Positions 22,741 through 35,308 of a DNA stretch of 64,000 bases are shown piece after piece. The translations under genes and the position numbers were made by a program. A model generated the notes under the pieces. That model was given only the letters and a program-made list of their open reading frames with translations, made no database searches and was not told the DNA's origin. The first letter of the stretch is position 1; every line of letters starts with the position of its first letter. Origin of the DNA: an uncultured delta proteobacterium (GTDB lineage: Bacteria; Myxococcota; Myxococcia; Myxococcales; Myxococcaceae); contig CAVYSY010000024.1 in NCBI GenBank assembly GCA_963771175.1, forward strand, positions 192,001 through 256,000, in the 5' to 3' direction.

Positions 22741-23553
22741 ATGGAGCACCCCAGGAAGGTAGCGACGGCACTCACGATCGCCGGCTCGGACAGCGGCGGT
22801 GGCGCGGGCATCCAGGCGGACCTGCGGACCTTCGCGTTCCATTGCGTCCACGGAACCAGTGCGATCACCGCGCTGACGGCCCAGAACACGCTCGGCGTCA
22901 CCCGGGTGGACGTCATGCCCGCCGAGTCGGTGGCGGCCCAGATGGACGCGGTGGCCACGGACATCGGGGTCGACGCAGCCAAGCTCGGCATGCTGGTCAA
23001 CCGGGAGATCATCTCCACAGTGGCCTCCCGCCTCCAGGCGCTGGGCATCACCCGGGTCGTCGTGGATCCGGTGATGGTGTCGCGGGCGGGCGCCCGGCTC
23101 ATCGACGACGAGGCCGTGGAGGCGCTGCGGGAGCGACTCCTGCCGCTGGCCACCCTCGTCACCCCCAATCGGCACGAGGCGCAGCTCCTGGCGGGGATGG
23201 AGCTCCAGACGCTCGACGACATGCGGGAGGCGGCGCGCCGCATCCACCGGCTGGGGCCTGGGGCGGTGCTTGTCAAGGGAGGGGCGATGCCGGGCACCCT
23301 GCGCGGCACCGATGTCTGGTTCGACGGCCAGCGCCTGGAGACGCTGCACCTGGCCTCGGTGGAGACGCCCAACACCCACGGCACCGGGTGCACGCTGTCG
23401 GCGGCCGTCGCCGCCAACCTGGCCCTGGGACACGAGCTGCTCGATGCCACCCGGCGCGCCAAGGAGTACGTCACCCGGGCGCTGCAGCACCCGCTCGCGG
23501 TGGGCCGGGGCAATGGTCCCATCGGCCACTTCTTCCCGCTGCTCGGAGCCTGA
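22741..23553 (+). CDS. thiD: Hydroxymethylpyrimidine/phosphomethylpyrimidine kinase
   Basis: ALTIAGSDSGGGAGIQADL, VVDPVM, TPN, THGTGCTLS. Confidence 0.95.
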   Translation: MEHPRKVATALTIAGSDSGGGAGIQADLRTFAFHCVHGTSAITALTAQNTLGVTRVDVMPAESVAAQMDAVATDIGVDAAKLGMLVNREIISTVASRLQALGITRVVVDPVMVSRAGARLIDDEAVEALRERLLPLATLVTPNRHEAQLLAGMELQTLDDMREAARRIHRLGPGAVLVKGGAMPGTLRGTDVWFDGQRLETLHLASVETPNTHGTGCTLSAAVAANLALGHELLDATRRAKEYVTRALQHPLAVGRGNGPIGHFFPLLGA

Positions 23554-23684
23554 GCGAGCACGCCAGGGAGCCCAAATCACTGGATGCTTGTTTTCTGAAC
23601 AGGCATGCGGACCGGACTCCTTGCTACAAACCGGGAGCTGGGGCTCCAGGCCCCGCCGCGCTTGGGGTAGCATGGGAGGAAGAG

Positions 23685-25217
23685 GTGCGCACGGCATTGG
23701 ACCATCAGAAAACGGGCAGTGGTCCGGTGTCCCAAGAGCTCCAAGCCAATAATCGGCTTCTCCACGCACTCACCGTGGCCCAGCAGGAGTTCATCCAGGG
23801 CAGTGACGCGCGCAACCTCTTCAACAAGCTCCTCGAGGTGCTGCTCGAGCTGACGGCCAGCGAGTACGGCTTCATTGGCGAGGTGCTCCGCGACCCGCAG
23901 GGCCAGCCCTATCTCCGCACCTACGCCATCACCAACATCGCCTGGACGGACGAGCTGCGGAAGTACTACGCCCAATACGCCGAGACGGGCATGGAGTTCC
24001 GCAACCTCCAAACGCTCTTCGGCACCGTGCTCCGGACCGGGGAGCCCGTGCTCACCAACACGCCCTCGTCGGATCCCCGCCGGGGTGGGCTCCCCCACGG
24101 TCACCCCGCCATGCACGCCTTCCTGGGGCTGCCCTTCAAGTCAGGCGAGGAGCTGGTGGGGATGGTGGGCATCGCCAACCGTCCCGGCGGCTACGGCCCC
24201 GACCTCATCGAGTTCCTCCAACCCCTGCTCGCCACCTGCTGCGCCATCATCCTGGGCTGGCGCAGCGAGCAACGCCGGCGCCAGGCCGAGGCGCTGCTGC
24301 GCCAGCGGGAAGAGGAGCTCCAGCGCCATCGCGAGCATCTGGAGGAGCAGGTGCAGAGCCGCACCGCGAAGCTGCTCCGCACCACCCAGGAGCTGGAGAA
24401 GCGGCAGGTCCAGCTCATCCACTCCGAGCGGATGGCCTCGCTGGGGCTGATCGCCAGCGGCGTCGCCCACGAGATCAACAACCCCCTGGGCTACATCACG
24501 AGCAACCTGGCCACGCTCACCCAGTATGTCTCGGTCTTCACACAGCTCCTGCGGCTCTACCAGGAGCTCGAGGCGGCCCTCGGGCCGGACCGCCCACCGC
24601 CCACGGCCGAGCTGCTCGCGCGCATCCACGCCCTGCGAGAGCAGGAGGATCTGGAGTACCTCCTCGGCGACGTGGACGATCTGCTCAACGACTCCCGCGA
24701 GGGTGCGCAGCGCGTGAAGGAGATCATCCACAACCTGCGCTCCTTCGTTCGGGAGGACTCGGGACGGCAGCAGCTCGTCGACGTGAACAAGGAGCTGGCC
24801 GCCACGCTGAAGCTGGTGTGGAACGAGCTGAAGTACCGGTGCGAGGTGCGGTGCGACTACAACGAGGTGCCGCCCGTCCTCGGCAACCCCACCCAGCTCA
24901 ACCAGGTGTTCACCAACCTGCTGCTCAACGCGGCCCAGGCCATCCCGGAGCGAGGGGAGATCCGCATCACCACCGCGCACGAGGCCGGCGAGGTGCTGGT
25001 GCACATCGCCGACACGGGGCACGGAATGACGCCGGAGGTGCTCTCCAAGCTCTTCACCCCGTTCTTCACCACCCGGCCCGCGGGCAAGGGCACGGGGCTG
25101 GGTCTCTCCATCAGCCAGGACATCGTCACGCGCCACCAGGGCCGCATCGAGGTCCGCAGCCAGCCCGGTGAGGGCAGCACCTTCACGATCCGGCTCCCCG
25201 TCGCACGAGACGCCTGA
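23685..25217 (+). CDS. GAF-domain sensor histidine kinase
   Basis: GAF (FLGLP..GMVGIANR), H-box GVAHEINNP, GKGTGLGL; GTG start after GGAGG. Confidence 0.92.
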   Translation: MRTALDHQKTGSGPVSQELQANNRLLHALTVAQQEFIQGSDARNLFNKLLEVLLELTASEYGFIGEVLRDPQGQPYLRTYAITNIAWTDELRKYYAQYAETGMEFRNLQTLFGTVLRTGEPVLTNTPSSDPRRGGLPHGHPAMHAFLGLPFKSGEELVGMVGIANRPGGYGPDLIEFLQPLLATCCAIILGWRSEQRRRQAEALLRQREEELQRHREHLEEQVQSRTAKLLRTTQELEKRQVQLIHSERMASLGLIASGVAHEINNPLGYITSNLATLTQYVSVFTQLLRLYQELEAALGPDRPPPTAELLARIHALREQEDLEYLLGDVDDLLNDSREGAQRVKEIIHNLRSFVREDSGRQQLVDVNKELAATLKLVWNELKYRCEVRCDYNEVPPVLGNPTQLNQVFTNLLLNAAQAIPERGEIRITTAHEAGEVLVHIADTGHGMTPEVLSKLFTPFFTTRPAGKGTGLGLSISQDIVTRHQGRIEVRSQPGEGSTFTIRLPVARDA

Positions 25218-25319
25218 AGCAGCGCCCCGTCCGCACGCCCGCCCTCCAGGCATCCGCGCTTCCTGGAATGTGACAGACCCGGTCTGGGGGCATCTCATCC
25301 AGGAGAGAGGGAGGCACCG

Positions 25320-25922
25320 ATGCGGGAGAACCCACGTCACGAATGGAAGGTCCTGCTCATGGCCGGCGTCCTCGCGCTTCCCGCGTGGGCGGCGGACAGG
25401 CCGGAGCCCGGAGCACCCCTGCCCTCCTTCACGGCGAAGGATCTCCTGGGACAGGAGCACTCCAGCGAGGAGTACCAGGGCCAGCGCACCCTGCTCGTCG
25501 CCATCACCGACAAGAACGCGGGCGACGGGATGCGGAGCTGGTTCGAGGCCGCCGACGCGCACGCCCCCGAGAGCGTCCAGCGCGAGTCCATCATCTCCCT
25601 CCATGTGCCCTTCTTCGTGGGCATGGGGACGGTGCGCCACCGCGCGCAGTCACAGGTACCTCGGCAGTTCTGGGACGACACCCTGCTCGATCGCAATGGC
25701 GCCATGGCCGACACGCTGGGGCTCGCGTCCAGCAAGCAGCCCTACGTCTTCGCCCTCGACGAGCACGGCCAGGTCCTCGCCAGCGCTCACGGGCCTCCAG
25801 ACTCCCCGGAAGCCCAGCGCATCTGGTCTTCCCTGTCCGGTCGGAGGGCGACAGGCACTCCGTCCGCCCCCGACACGGCCACATCCGCTCCGGAGAGCCC
25901 ACACGGCTCCGGCGAAAAATGA
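25320..25922 (+). CDS. Secreted thioredoxin-fold (ATP10/AhpC-TSA-like) protein without CxxC
   Basis: Signal peptide, 'PGAPLPSFTAKDLLGQEHS', 'PYVFALDEHGQV'. Confidence 0.6.
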   Translation: MRENPRHEWKVLLMAGVLALPAWAADRPEPGAPLPSFTAKDLLGQEHSSEEYQGQRTLLVAITDKNAGDGMRSWFEAADAHAPESVQRESIISLHVPFFVGMGTVRHRAQSQVPRQFWDDTLLDRNGAMADTLGLASSKQPYVFALDEHGQVLASAHGPPDSPEAQRIWSSLSGRRATGTPSAPDTATSAPESPHGSGEK

Positions 25923-25940
25923 GTCGCATGAGAAGAAGAC

Positions 25941-25969
25941 GCAACCCAAGGATCATGACTTGCGATAAT
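25941..25969 (+). promoter_or_regulatory. GCAAC-N16-GCGATAAT putative alternative-sigma promoter
   Basis: Matches the 22613-22640 motif; 45 nt upstream of ATG 26014. Confidence 0.55.
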
Positions 25970-26013
25970 CTTATCGACGCCTTTCTTGGCTCTTGAGACC
26001 GGAGGCTCACGCC

Positions 26014-26307
26014 ATGTGGATCGAAACCATCGTCATGCCCCGGGAAGAGCCAGCGCACTACAGCAGCCCCTCGCCCCGGTACGATCGCGAGTCCGGACAG
26101 CAGTCGGCGTGCGCCCTGGGCCAGCAGTTCCGTGACACCGTCCTCAGCTATCTCCAGAGCAACCAGCTCATGGGCGCGGTGAAGTGGATCAGCGAGCCGG
26201 GGAGCATCCCCATGGTGACGCTGCACTGCACCTCGCTCGTGCTGGAGCAGCTCCAGCAGTCCTCCGAGTTCGAGGCGGGCCGCACCCTGTCCCTCTCGGG
26301 ATTCTGA
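26014..26307 (+). CDS. Small hypothetical protein
   Basis: GGAGG RBS at 26001, MWIETIVMPREEP...; GC3-rich codons. Confidence 0.65.
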   Translation: MWIETIVMPREEPAHYSSPSPRYDRESGQQSACALGQQFRDTVLSYLQSNQLMGAVKWISEPGSIPMVTLHCTSLVLEQLQQSSEFEAGRTLSLSGF

Positions 26308-26500
26308 AGGGCTCGGGTCAGGTCGCTCGTCGTCGACCTCGGGCGATGTAGGCAAGAACCCCACCTCGTTCGTCGTCGACGAGGAGTGGGGTGTGCGACA
26401 GTCCACTCGACATTGCCACGCATTGGACGAAGCCAGGGACCGGCATGTCACGGCTCCGGTGTCGGGCGGGACGACGGGGGTTCTGTTATTCAGAGGGCCC

Positions 26501-27756
26501 ATGACGGACACCCTCCGATACGTGCCGAGCGACACCGCCGTACCGAACACCAGCGTGGACGCGACCCTGCTCTCCCCGAGCTCGCGAAACGAGAGCCTCC
26601 CGGCCCCCGCGCAAGCTCAGGCACGGCGCAGCACGGTGCTTCCCCGCGTTCAGTGGAACGGGGATCGGCACGACGTGGTGCCCTTCCAGCGCGAGCGCTT
26701 CGAGGAGGTCCGTCCCCTGGGCCAGGGCGGCATGGGCGAGGTGGTGCTGCTCAAGGACAACGACATCGAGCGGCTGGTGGCCCTCAAACGCCTGCCGGAG
26801 GCAACCGACGTTGATCGCCTGCTGCGCTTCGTGGAGGAGATCCGCACCGTCGGGCAGTTGGATCACCCGAACATCGTCCCGGTCCACGACGTCGGCATCG
26901 ACCACCTCGGTCGGTACTACTTCGTGATGAAGCACCTGCAGGGAGACACGCTCGAGTCCATCATCGAGAAGCTCCGCCAGGGAGACCGCGCCGCGCACGC
27001 GCACTACACCTTCCCGATGCGGGTGCAGCTCTTCATCGGCGTGCTCAACGCGCTGGCGTACGCGCACCGCAAGGGCTTCATCCACAGGGACCTCAAGCCC
27101 GCCAACATCATGGTGGGGCCCTACGGCGAGGTCACCGTGATGGACTGGGGCCTGGCCCGGCGCATCGACACGTCGGGAGACACGGCCCAGGCTCCGGGGT
27201 CCGCCGGAGCGCCCGCCCGTCGGCCCGCGCGAGGCGGCCTCGCTGCGCACGCAGGCTCGGCTCCGTGGTGGGAACGCCGCTCTACATGTCGCCCGAGCAG
27301 GCGCGAGGCCAGCACGACCAGGTCGACGTGCGCAGCGACACGTACAGCCTGACCGTGCTGTTCCACGAGTTCCTCTACCTGCGCCACTACCTGGAGGGCC
27401 GCGAGTCGCTGACCGACGTCCTGGAGGGCGTGCAGAAGGTGACGCCCGACCTGATGAGCATCTGGAAGCATGCGCACCAGCCGGCCGTGCCCGCTGAGCT
27501 CTCCTGGTTCCTCGCCAAGGGATTCCAGAAGGATCCGGCGCGGCGCTACCAGTCCGTCGAGGAGATGATGGACGTGCTCCAGGGCGCCATGGATGGGCGC
27601 ATCCACGTGCAGTGCCAGCGCACCATGCTCAAGCGCGGGCTCCACAAGATGCTGCGCATGGTGGATGAATCCCCGAACACGGTCATCATCGGAAGCACAC
27701 TGGCAGTGGTGGTGGTGCTCGCCGCGCTGGGGAATCTGCTGATGGCGCTCTTCTAG
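26501..27756 (+). CDS. Ser/Thr protein kinase with C-terminal TM (frameshifts near 27210-27265)
   Basis: LGQGGMGEV, HRDLKPAN, DWGLAR, then VGTPLYMSPEQ in the next frame. Confidence 0.88.
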
Positions 27757-27823
27757 CGCCCCCCCACTTTGAGCTAGATTCCCACGCCCGGGCGCCCTAC
27801 CGCTCTCCCCGAGGTCCCGCCGC

Positions 27824-30115
27824 ATGCCCTCACTCCCCAAAGACTCAGGTCCGGGCTCCCGGGAGTGGCCCGGTGTGTCCGCCAGTGGACCGGGCGCCGC
27901 CGAAGAGGAACTCCGGGCCAGCAACCGCCTGCTGCGGGCGCTCAACGAGGCCCAGGCGGACTTCATCCGGGGTGGTGACGCGGCCGCGCTGTTCGAGCGG
28001 CTGCTCGCGGTGCTGCTCGAGGTGACGGGCAGCGCCTCCGGCCTCATCGGCGAGGTGCTGACCGCCTCCGGGGGAACGCCTTCGCTCCGGGTCCTCGCCA
28101 GCACGCCGCGGGACTGGACGGACGCGCTGAGGGAGCACCCCGCCGGGCAGGACGCCGGGAACCCGGAGCCGCGAGACCTGCGCACGCTCGTGGGCGTCGT
28201 CCTCACCACCGGCCGGCCCGTGCAGTCCGGGGATGTCGCCCCGACGGCCCACGGCACCCCTCCCGACACCTCCCTGCACACCTTCCTCGGCCTGCCCCTC
28301 GAGTCCGCGGGCGAACGGGTGGGACTGGTGGGCCTCGCCAACCGCCCCGGCGGCTATGACGCCCGGGTCATCGAGCTCCTCCAGCCCGTCCTCTCCACGT
28401 GCGGCAACATGCTGCTCGGCCGGAGGAACGAGCACCGACGGCGCCAGACCGAGGAGGAGCAGTGCCGCGCCCTCGCCGAGAGCGCCGAGCGGATGCGGCT
28501 GACGCTGGACAACGTGGAGAACGGCTTGTGGGATTGGGACATCGCCACCCAGAAGCTGTACATGAGCCCGAAGTGGCTGGGCATGCTGGGATACCAAGAG
28601 GGGGAGCTGGAGCCCTCCATCGAGGTGTGGAGGTACCTGTGCCATCCGGAAGACCTGGCCGAAATGAACCGGCGCTTCCAGGCGTACCTGTCGGGGACCA
28701 CTCCCCTCTACGAGGTCGAGTACCGCGCGCGGTGCAAGGGTGGCGGGTGGAGGTGGATGCTGGGCCGAGCCAAGGCGGTGGCGCGCGACGAGCAGGGCCG
28801 TCCGCTGCGCATGGTGGGCACCAACCTGGACATCGATGCCCGCAAGCGCGGTGAGGAGCGCCTGCGCGCCCTGGTGCGGGCGATCCCGGACCTCATCTTC
28901 CGCAACAGCGCCGACGGCACCTACCTCGACTTCGAGGTCAACAACGACCGCCTGCTGGCGCCCGCCGAGTCCCTCATCGGCAGCAATATCCGCCAGATGC
29001 CGATGCCGCAGCCCGTCATCGAGAAGAGCCTCCTGTACATCGGGCGCGCCATCCAGCAGGGCACCCTGCAGGTCTTCGAGTACACGTTGGAGCAGCCGCA
29101 AGGGCCCCAGCACTACGAGGCACGCATCTACCGGAGCGGGCCGAACGAGGCGGTGTCGCTCATACGCAACATCACCGAGCGCAAGCAGACGGAGGAGCGC
29201 CTGCGCCAGCAGGAAGAGGAGCTGCGGCGCCACCGCGACAGCCTGGAGGAGCTGGTGCGCACCCGCACCGAGAAGCTCCGCATGGCCACGCTCGAGCTGG
29301 AGGATCAGCAGGCCCAGCTCATCCAGGCCGAGAAGATGGCCTCGCTGGGACAGATGGCGGCCGGCGTCGCCCATGAGATCAACAACCCGGTCAGCTATGT
29401 GATGAGCAACCTGGGCACGCTCGACGAGTACATCTCCGTGCTCACCCCGCTGCTCCAGCTCCAGCGCGGGCTGCTGGACAGCCAGGAGCCGGGGGCCGAG
29501 GGCACTCGGGAGGAGCTGCTCGCTCGCATGCGCGAGCTGTGGAATCAGGGCGACCTGGACTTCATCCTCTCGGACATGCCCGAGATGATCCAGGAGTCGC
29601 AGGCGGGCACCCGGCGCATTCAGGAGATCGCCCAGGGCCTGCGCTCGTTCGCCCGCGAGGACTCCGGCGCGCCGCAGCCCGTGGACGTGAACGCGGAGCT
29701 GTCCTCCACGCTGAAGATGGTGTGGAACGAGCTGAAGTACAAATGCGAGGTGAAGCGCGACTTCGGGCCGCTGCCCCCCGTCAACTTCCACCCCACCCAG
29801 CTCGCCCAGGTGTTCACCAACCTGCTCGTCAACGCGGCGCAGGCCATCGAGACGCGCGGGGAGATCCGCATCCGCACGCGGCACGAGGGCAATGACGTGG
29901 TGGTGGAGATCGCCGACACGGGCAAGGGCATGACGCCGGAGACGCTCTCCAAGCTCTTCACGCCCTTCTTCACCACCAAGCCACGCGGCCAGGGCACGGG
30001 GCTGGGGTTGTCCGTCAGCTACGGCATCATCACCCGTCACAAGGGCCGCATCGACGTGCAGAGCGAGCCCGGCAAGGGCAGCACCTTCATCCTCCGCCTG
30101 CCCACCTACCCGTGA
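27824..30115 (+). CDS. GAF-PAS-PAS sensor histidine kinase
   Basis: GAF, PAS (GLWDWD..HPEDL), H-box GVAHEINNP, GQGTGLGL. Confidence 0.93.
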   Translation: MPSLPKDSGPGSREWPGVSASGPGAAEEELRASNRLLRALNEAQADFIRGGDAAALFERLLAVLLEVTGSASGLIGEVLTASGGTPSLRVLASTPRDWTDALREHPAGQDAGNPEPRDLRTLVGVVLTTGRPVQSGDVAPTAHGTPPDTSLHTFLGLPLESAGERVGLVGLANRPGGYDARVIELLQPVLSTCGNMLLGRRNEHRRRQTEEEQCRALAESAERMRLTLDNVENGLWDWDIATQKLYMSPKWLGMLGYQEGELEPSIEVWRYLCHPEDLAEMNRRFQAYLSGTTPLYEVEYRARCKGGGWRWMLGRAKAVARDEQGRPLRMVGTNLDIDARKRGEERLRALVRAIPDLIFRNSADGTYLDFEVNNDRLLAPAESLIGSNIRQMPMPQPVIEKSLLYIGRAIQQGTLQVFEYTLEQPQGPQHYEARIYRSGPNEAVSLIRNITERKQTEERLRQQEEELRRHRDSLEELVRTRTEKLRMATLELEDQQAQLIQAEKMASLGQMAAGVAHEINNPVSYVMSNLGTLDEYISVLTPLLQLQRGLLDSQEPGAEGTREELLARMRELWNQGDLDFILSDMPEMIQESQAGTRRIQEIAQGLRSFAREDSGAPQPVDVNAELSSTLKMVWNELKYKCEVKRDFGPLPPVNFHPTQLAQVFTNLLVNAAQAIETRGEIRIRTRHEGNDVVVEIADTGKGMTPETLSKLFTPFFTTKPRGQGTGLGLSVSYGIITRHKGRIDVQSEPGKGSTFILRLPTYP

Positions 30116-30118
30116 GCC

Positions 30119-31497
30119 TCAGCGCCGGACCCCGGCCCCGTTCAACGGCAGCCGCAGCCGCGCACGGCACCCGGGGCCCTCCGTCCGGTTCTCCAGACGC
30201 AGGCTGCCGCCGTGCGCCTCGGCGATCTGCCGGCTGAGCGCGAGCCCGATGCCGCTGCCGTTGGGCTTGGTGGTGAAGAAGGGCACGAAGAGGTTCGCCG
30301 TGTCCGGCAGACCCGGGCCCTCGTCCTCCACCCACACCTCGAGCCGCGTCCGGCGCAGCCGCGGTCCACGACACCCACACGCCCCCGCGCGTCTCCAGCG
30401 CCGCGTCCACCGCGTTGCGCACCAGGTTGATGAGCAGCTGCTCGAGCTGATCGCCGTCCGCGCGCAGCGTGAGCATCGGGCCCCGGGCGACACCTCCACC
30501 GGCAGCCGCGTCTCCAGCGCGGCCACCCGCCGCACCCAGGGCTCCACGCTCCACGGGCGCGAGCAGCGGCGGCGGCAGCCGCGCCAGCCGCGCGTACGCG
30601 GACATGAAGCGCGCCCGAGCGCCTCGCTGCGCGCGCGCGATGACCGCGAGGCCCGCTCGTCGCGTCCTCGCTCCCAGTCCGACGGCTCGCGGCGCTCTGC
30701 GCCAGCGCGTCCTGCAGCGACTGCGGCGATGGAGTGGATGGGCGCGAGCGAGTTGTTGATCTCGTGGCTCAGCACGCGCACCAGCCGCTGCCACGCCTCG
30801 CGCTCCTCCTCGCGCAGCGCCGCCGCAGGTCCGTGAGCACCACGCAGCGTGGTGCGGCAGCCCGTCCTGGCGGAAGGTGCTGCGCCGCAGCTCGTAGCGG
30901 CCCGCCCTCGGCACCGCGGAAGGTGCGCGTCGAGCCGCCGCGGCGCCGCGCCCTCCAGCAGCTCGTCGAGCCCGAGCGCGTCGGCCTTCTGGCCCAGCAG
31001 GCGCGCGCGCGGCCGCGCCGAGCAGCCGCTCGCCCGCGCGGTTCACCAGCCGCAGGCGCCCGTCCTCGTCGAAGGCGAGCACCGCGACGTCGATCTCCTC
31101 CATCACCTGCGTGAGCAGCGCGTCCGGCCTCCAGCGCGCCCAGCCGCTGCTCGCGCAGCGTCTCGCCCAGCGCGTTGGCCTCGAGCAGCACCTCGCCCAG
31201 CGGATCGTTCGCCGCGCGCGCCGCGCCCGCGCACGCGAGTAGTCGCCCTCGCGCAGCGCCGCGCAGCAGGTTGGCCACCGTCTGCAGGGGCCGGGACACG
31301 CGCTCGCGCACGACGAGCGCCGCGCACCAGGCCCACACGCAGCACCACCAGGGCGGTGAGCGTCCAGCGCACCTTCGGGCTCGCAGTCCCCCGTCCACAG
31401 CAGGATCGCAGCGCGGTGAGCGAGCCCGGCAGCCCCGCGAGCAGCGCCAGCGAGGAGGACGTGCACGGTCGTGCGTGAAGCGGCTGGCGCCGACGGC

Positions 31498-31501
<4 letters not shown>
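30119..31501 (-). CDS. NtrY-like sensor histidine kinase (heavily frameshifted)
   Basis: Fragments RPLQTVANLL, RVLSHEINNSLAPI, NLFVPFFTTKPNGSGIGL; ATGA overlap with the upstream regulator. Confidence 0.8.
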
Positions 31502-32935
<1,434 letters not shown>

Positions 32936-33032
32936 CTGGGAGGAAGAGACTCTGCCAGAAGCAGCGGGCGGGAGGGGAACCGGAATGGGCCCGTCCGGTC
33001 CGCCTCCTCGCTCCCCCTACGCTCAGGCGGGA

Positions 33033-33781
<749 letters not shown>

Positions 33782-33785
<4 letters not shown>

Positions 33786-35026
33786 CGCAGCCTCACCCGC
33801 TCCACCGCGTCCCACGCGGTCATGTCCGAGAGGATCACCTGCTCCCCCTCGGCGAGGCCCTGGACGACCTCGATGGAATTCACCGAACCCCGGCCGAGCA
33901 GCACCGGGACGCGCACCGCCTCGTCACTGCCCGCCACCAGCCGGAAGAGCGACACCGTGGCGTTGGGCTGCGCGCCCGCGGGCCGGCCCACGGACAGCAC
34001 GTTGCCCAACCGCTCCAGCTCCACCGTGCCCTCCACGGTGAGGTCCGGACGGGCGCCCTTGGGCAGCTCGCCCGTGAGCGTCACCTCCACCCGCACCGTA
34101 CCCTGGCTCGCCGACGGAGCGATGCGCGCCACCACGCCCTCCACCACCCCGTTGCGCGTGTCCACCTCCGCCCGCTGGCCGAGCTGGATGTCCCGCGCCT
34201 GCGTCTCCGCGATGCGCAGCTCCGCCTTCAGCCGCTGGGGCTGCACCACCTTCGCCAGCACCGTGCCCGGCGTCACCCACTGCCCCAGCTCCAGCGGCAG
34301 CTCGGACAGCACGCCGGGCTCGCCCGCCTTCACCTGCATGGACTCGACCTGGGTCCGGCGGAAGCGCGCCACCGCCTTCAACCTCTCAATCTGCCCCGCC
34401 TGGGCCGCGAGCTGCTCGCGCGTGCTGGACTGGAGCACGGCCAGGCGCTGGCGCTCGAGGCTCAGTCGCGTGGTCATCTCGCCGGCCTTGCCCTTGACCT
34501 GCTGGACCTCCAGCTTCGGCACGAAGGAGCGGTCGAGCAGCGCCACGGTGGCCTCGGCCTGGCTCTCGGCGTTGAGGGCCTCGGCCTGCAGGGTGGCGAT
34601 CGCGGCCTCCTGGGAGATGCGCTGCGTCTCCAGGTTGGTGCGCAGGGCGATGAGCTCCGCCTCGGCGCTGGCCAGTTGGCGCTCAGCCTCCAGGGCCTGG
34701 AGCTGGACGTCCGGGTTGGACAGCTCGAGCAGGATCGTCCCCGGCTCCACCGCGGTGCCGGGCCGGACGTGGATGCGCTCGACGCGGCCCGCCGTGTCGG
34801 CGGTGAGCCAGCGGATGCGCTCGGGCACCAGCGAGCCCGCGCCCTTCACCTGGCGGACCATGGGCCCGCGCTTCACCGTGTCGAGCCACACGCCGCCGCG
34901 CTCCACCGTGGGAGCGGCTGCGCGCAGGCGGGAGAGGCCCTCCGTCACGCCTGCCAGCAGGAGCACGCCGAGACCCATGAGGAGCCAGGGCTTCTGACGG
35001 GATCTGGGTTTCTTGGGGATGTCCAC
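33782..35026 (-). CDS. Efflux periplasmic adaptor (HlyD/MacA-like)
   Basis: N-terminal TM, lipoyl-like 'GRVERIHVRPG', coiled coil, 'GLAEGEQVILSD'. Confidence 0.88.
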
Positions 35027-35039
35027 GTTCCGGACTTTA

Positions 35040-35054
35040 GCGAAAATCGTGCCA
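35040..35054 (-). promoter_or_regulatory. Sigma54 promoter for the adaptor-ABC-two-component operon
   Basis: TGGCACGATTTTCGC (GG-N10-GC) on the minus strand. Confidence 0.75.
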
Positions 35055-35133
35055 GGACAAAGCGTACCCTCAAACCCCTGGAATCACTCGGAGGGCGAGG
35101 GGGGCCCCAGAGGATGCTGCCCGGTTGCGAAAA

Positions 35134-35155
35134 GTGTCGTCCCAGAAACGGACAC
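35134..35155. promoter_or_regulatory. Putative enhancer site for the NtrC-type activator
   Basis: Inverted repeat GTCC-N7-GGAC within GTGTC...GACAC, about 100 bp upstream of the sigma54 promoter. Confidence 0.45.
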
Positions 35156-35308
35156 GCGCCCCGGCCGAGGGTGAGCGACCTGCGGCGCCCTTCATCCAGC
35201 CCGGAGGCCGTGATGAAACCATGATGAAGAGCGGAGCCCCGCATGAAGCACGATGCGGACCGCATCTGGATGATGGGTCGCATCCCGATGCCCGAGGTGG
35301 CCTCAACG

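Noticed and set aside
21996..25217. 1073-aa ORF as a single protein
   Set aside because: The upstream part is an off-frame overlap with thiD; the kinase starts at GTG 23685 with an RBS
26310..26500. Structured ncRNA or riboswitch upstream of the kinase
   Set aside because: GC-rich hairpins are present but I recognise no family motif; more likely a terminator or chance structure
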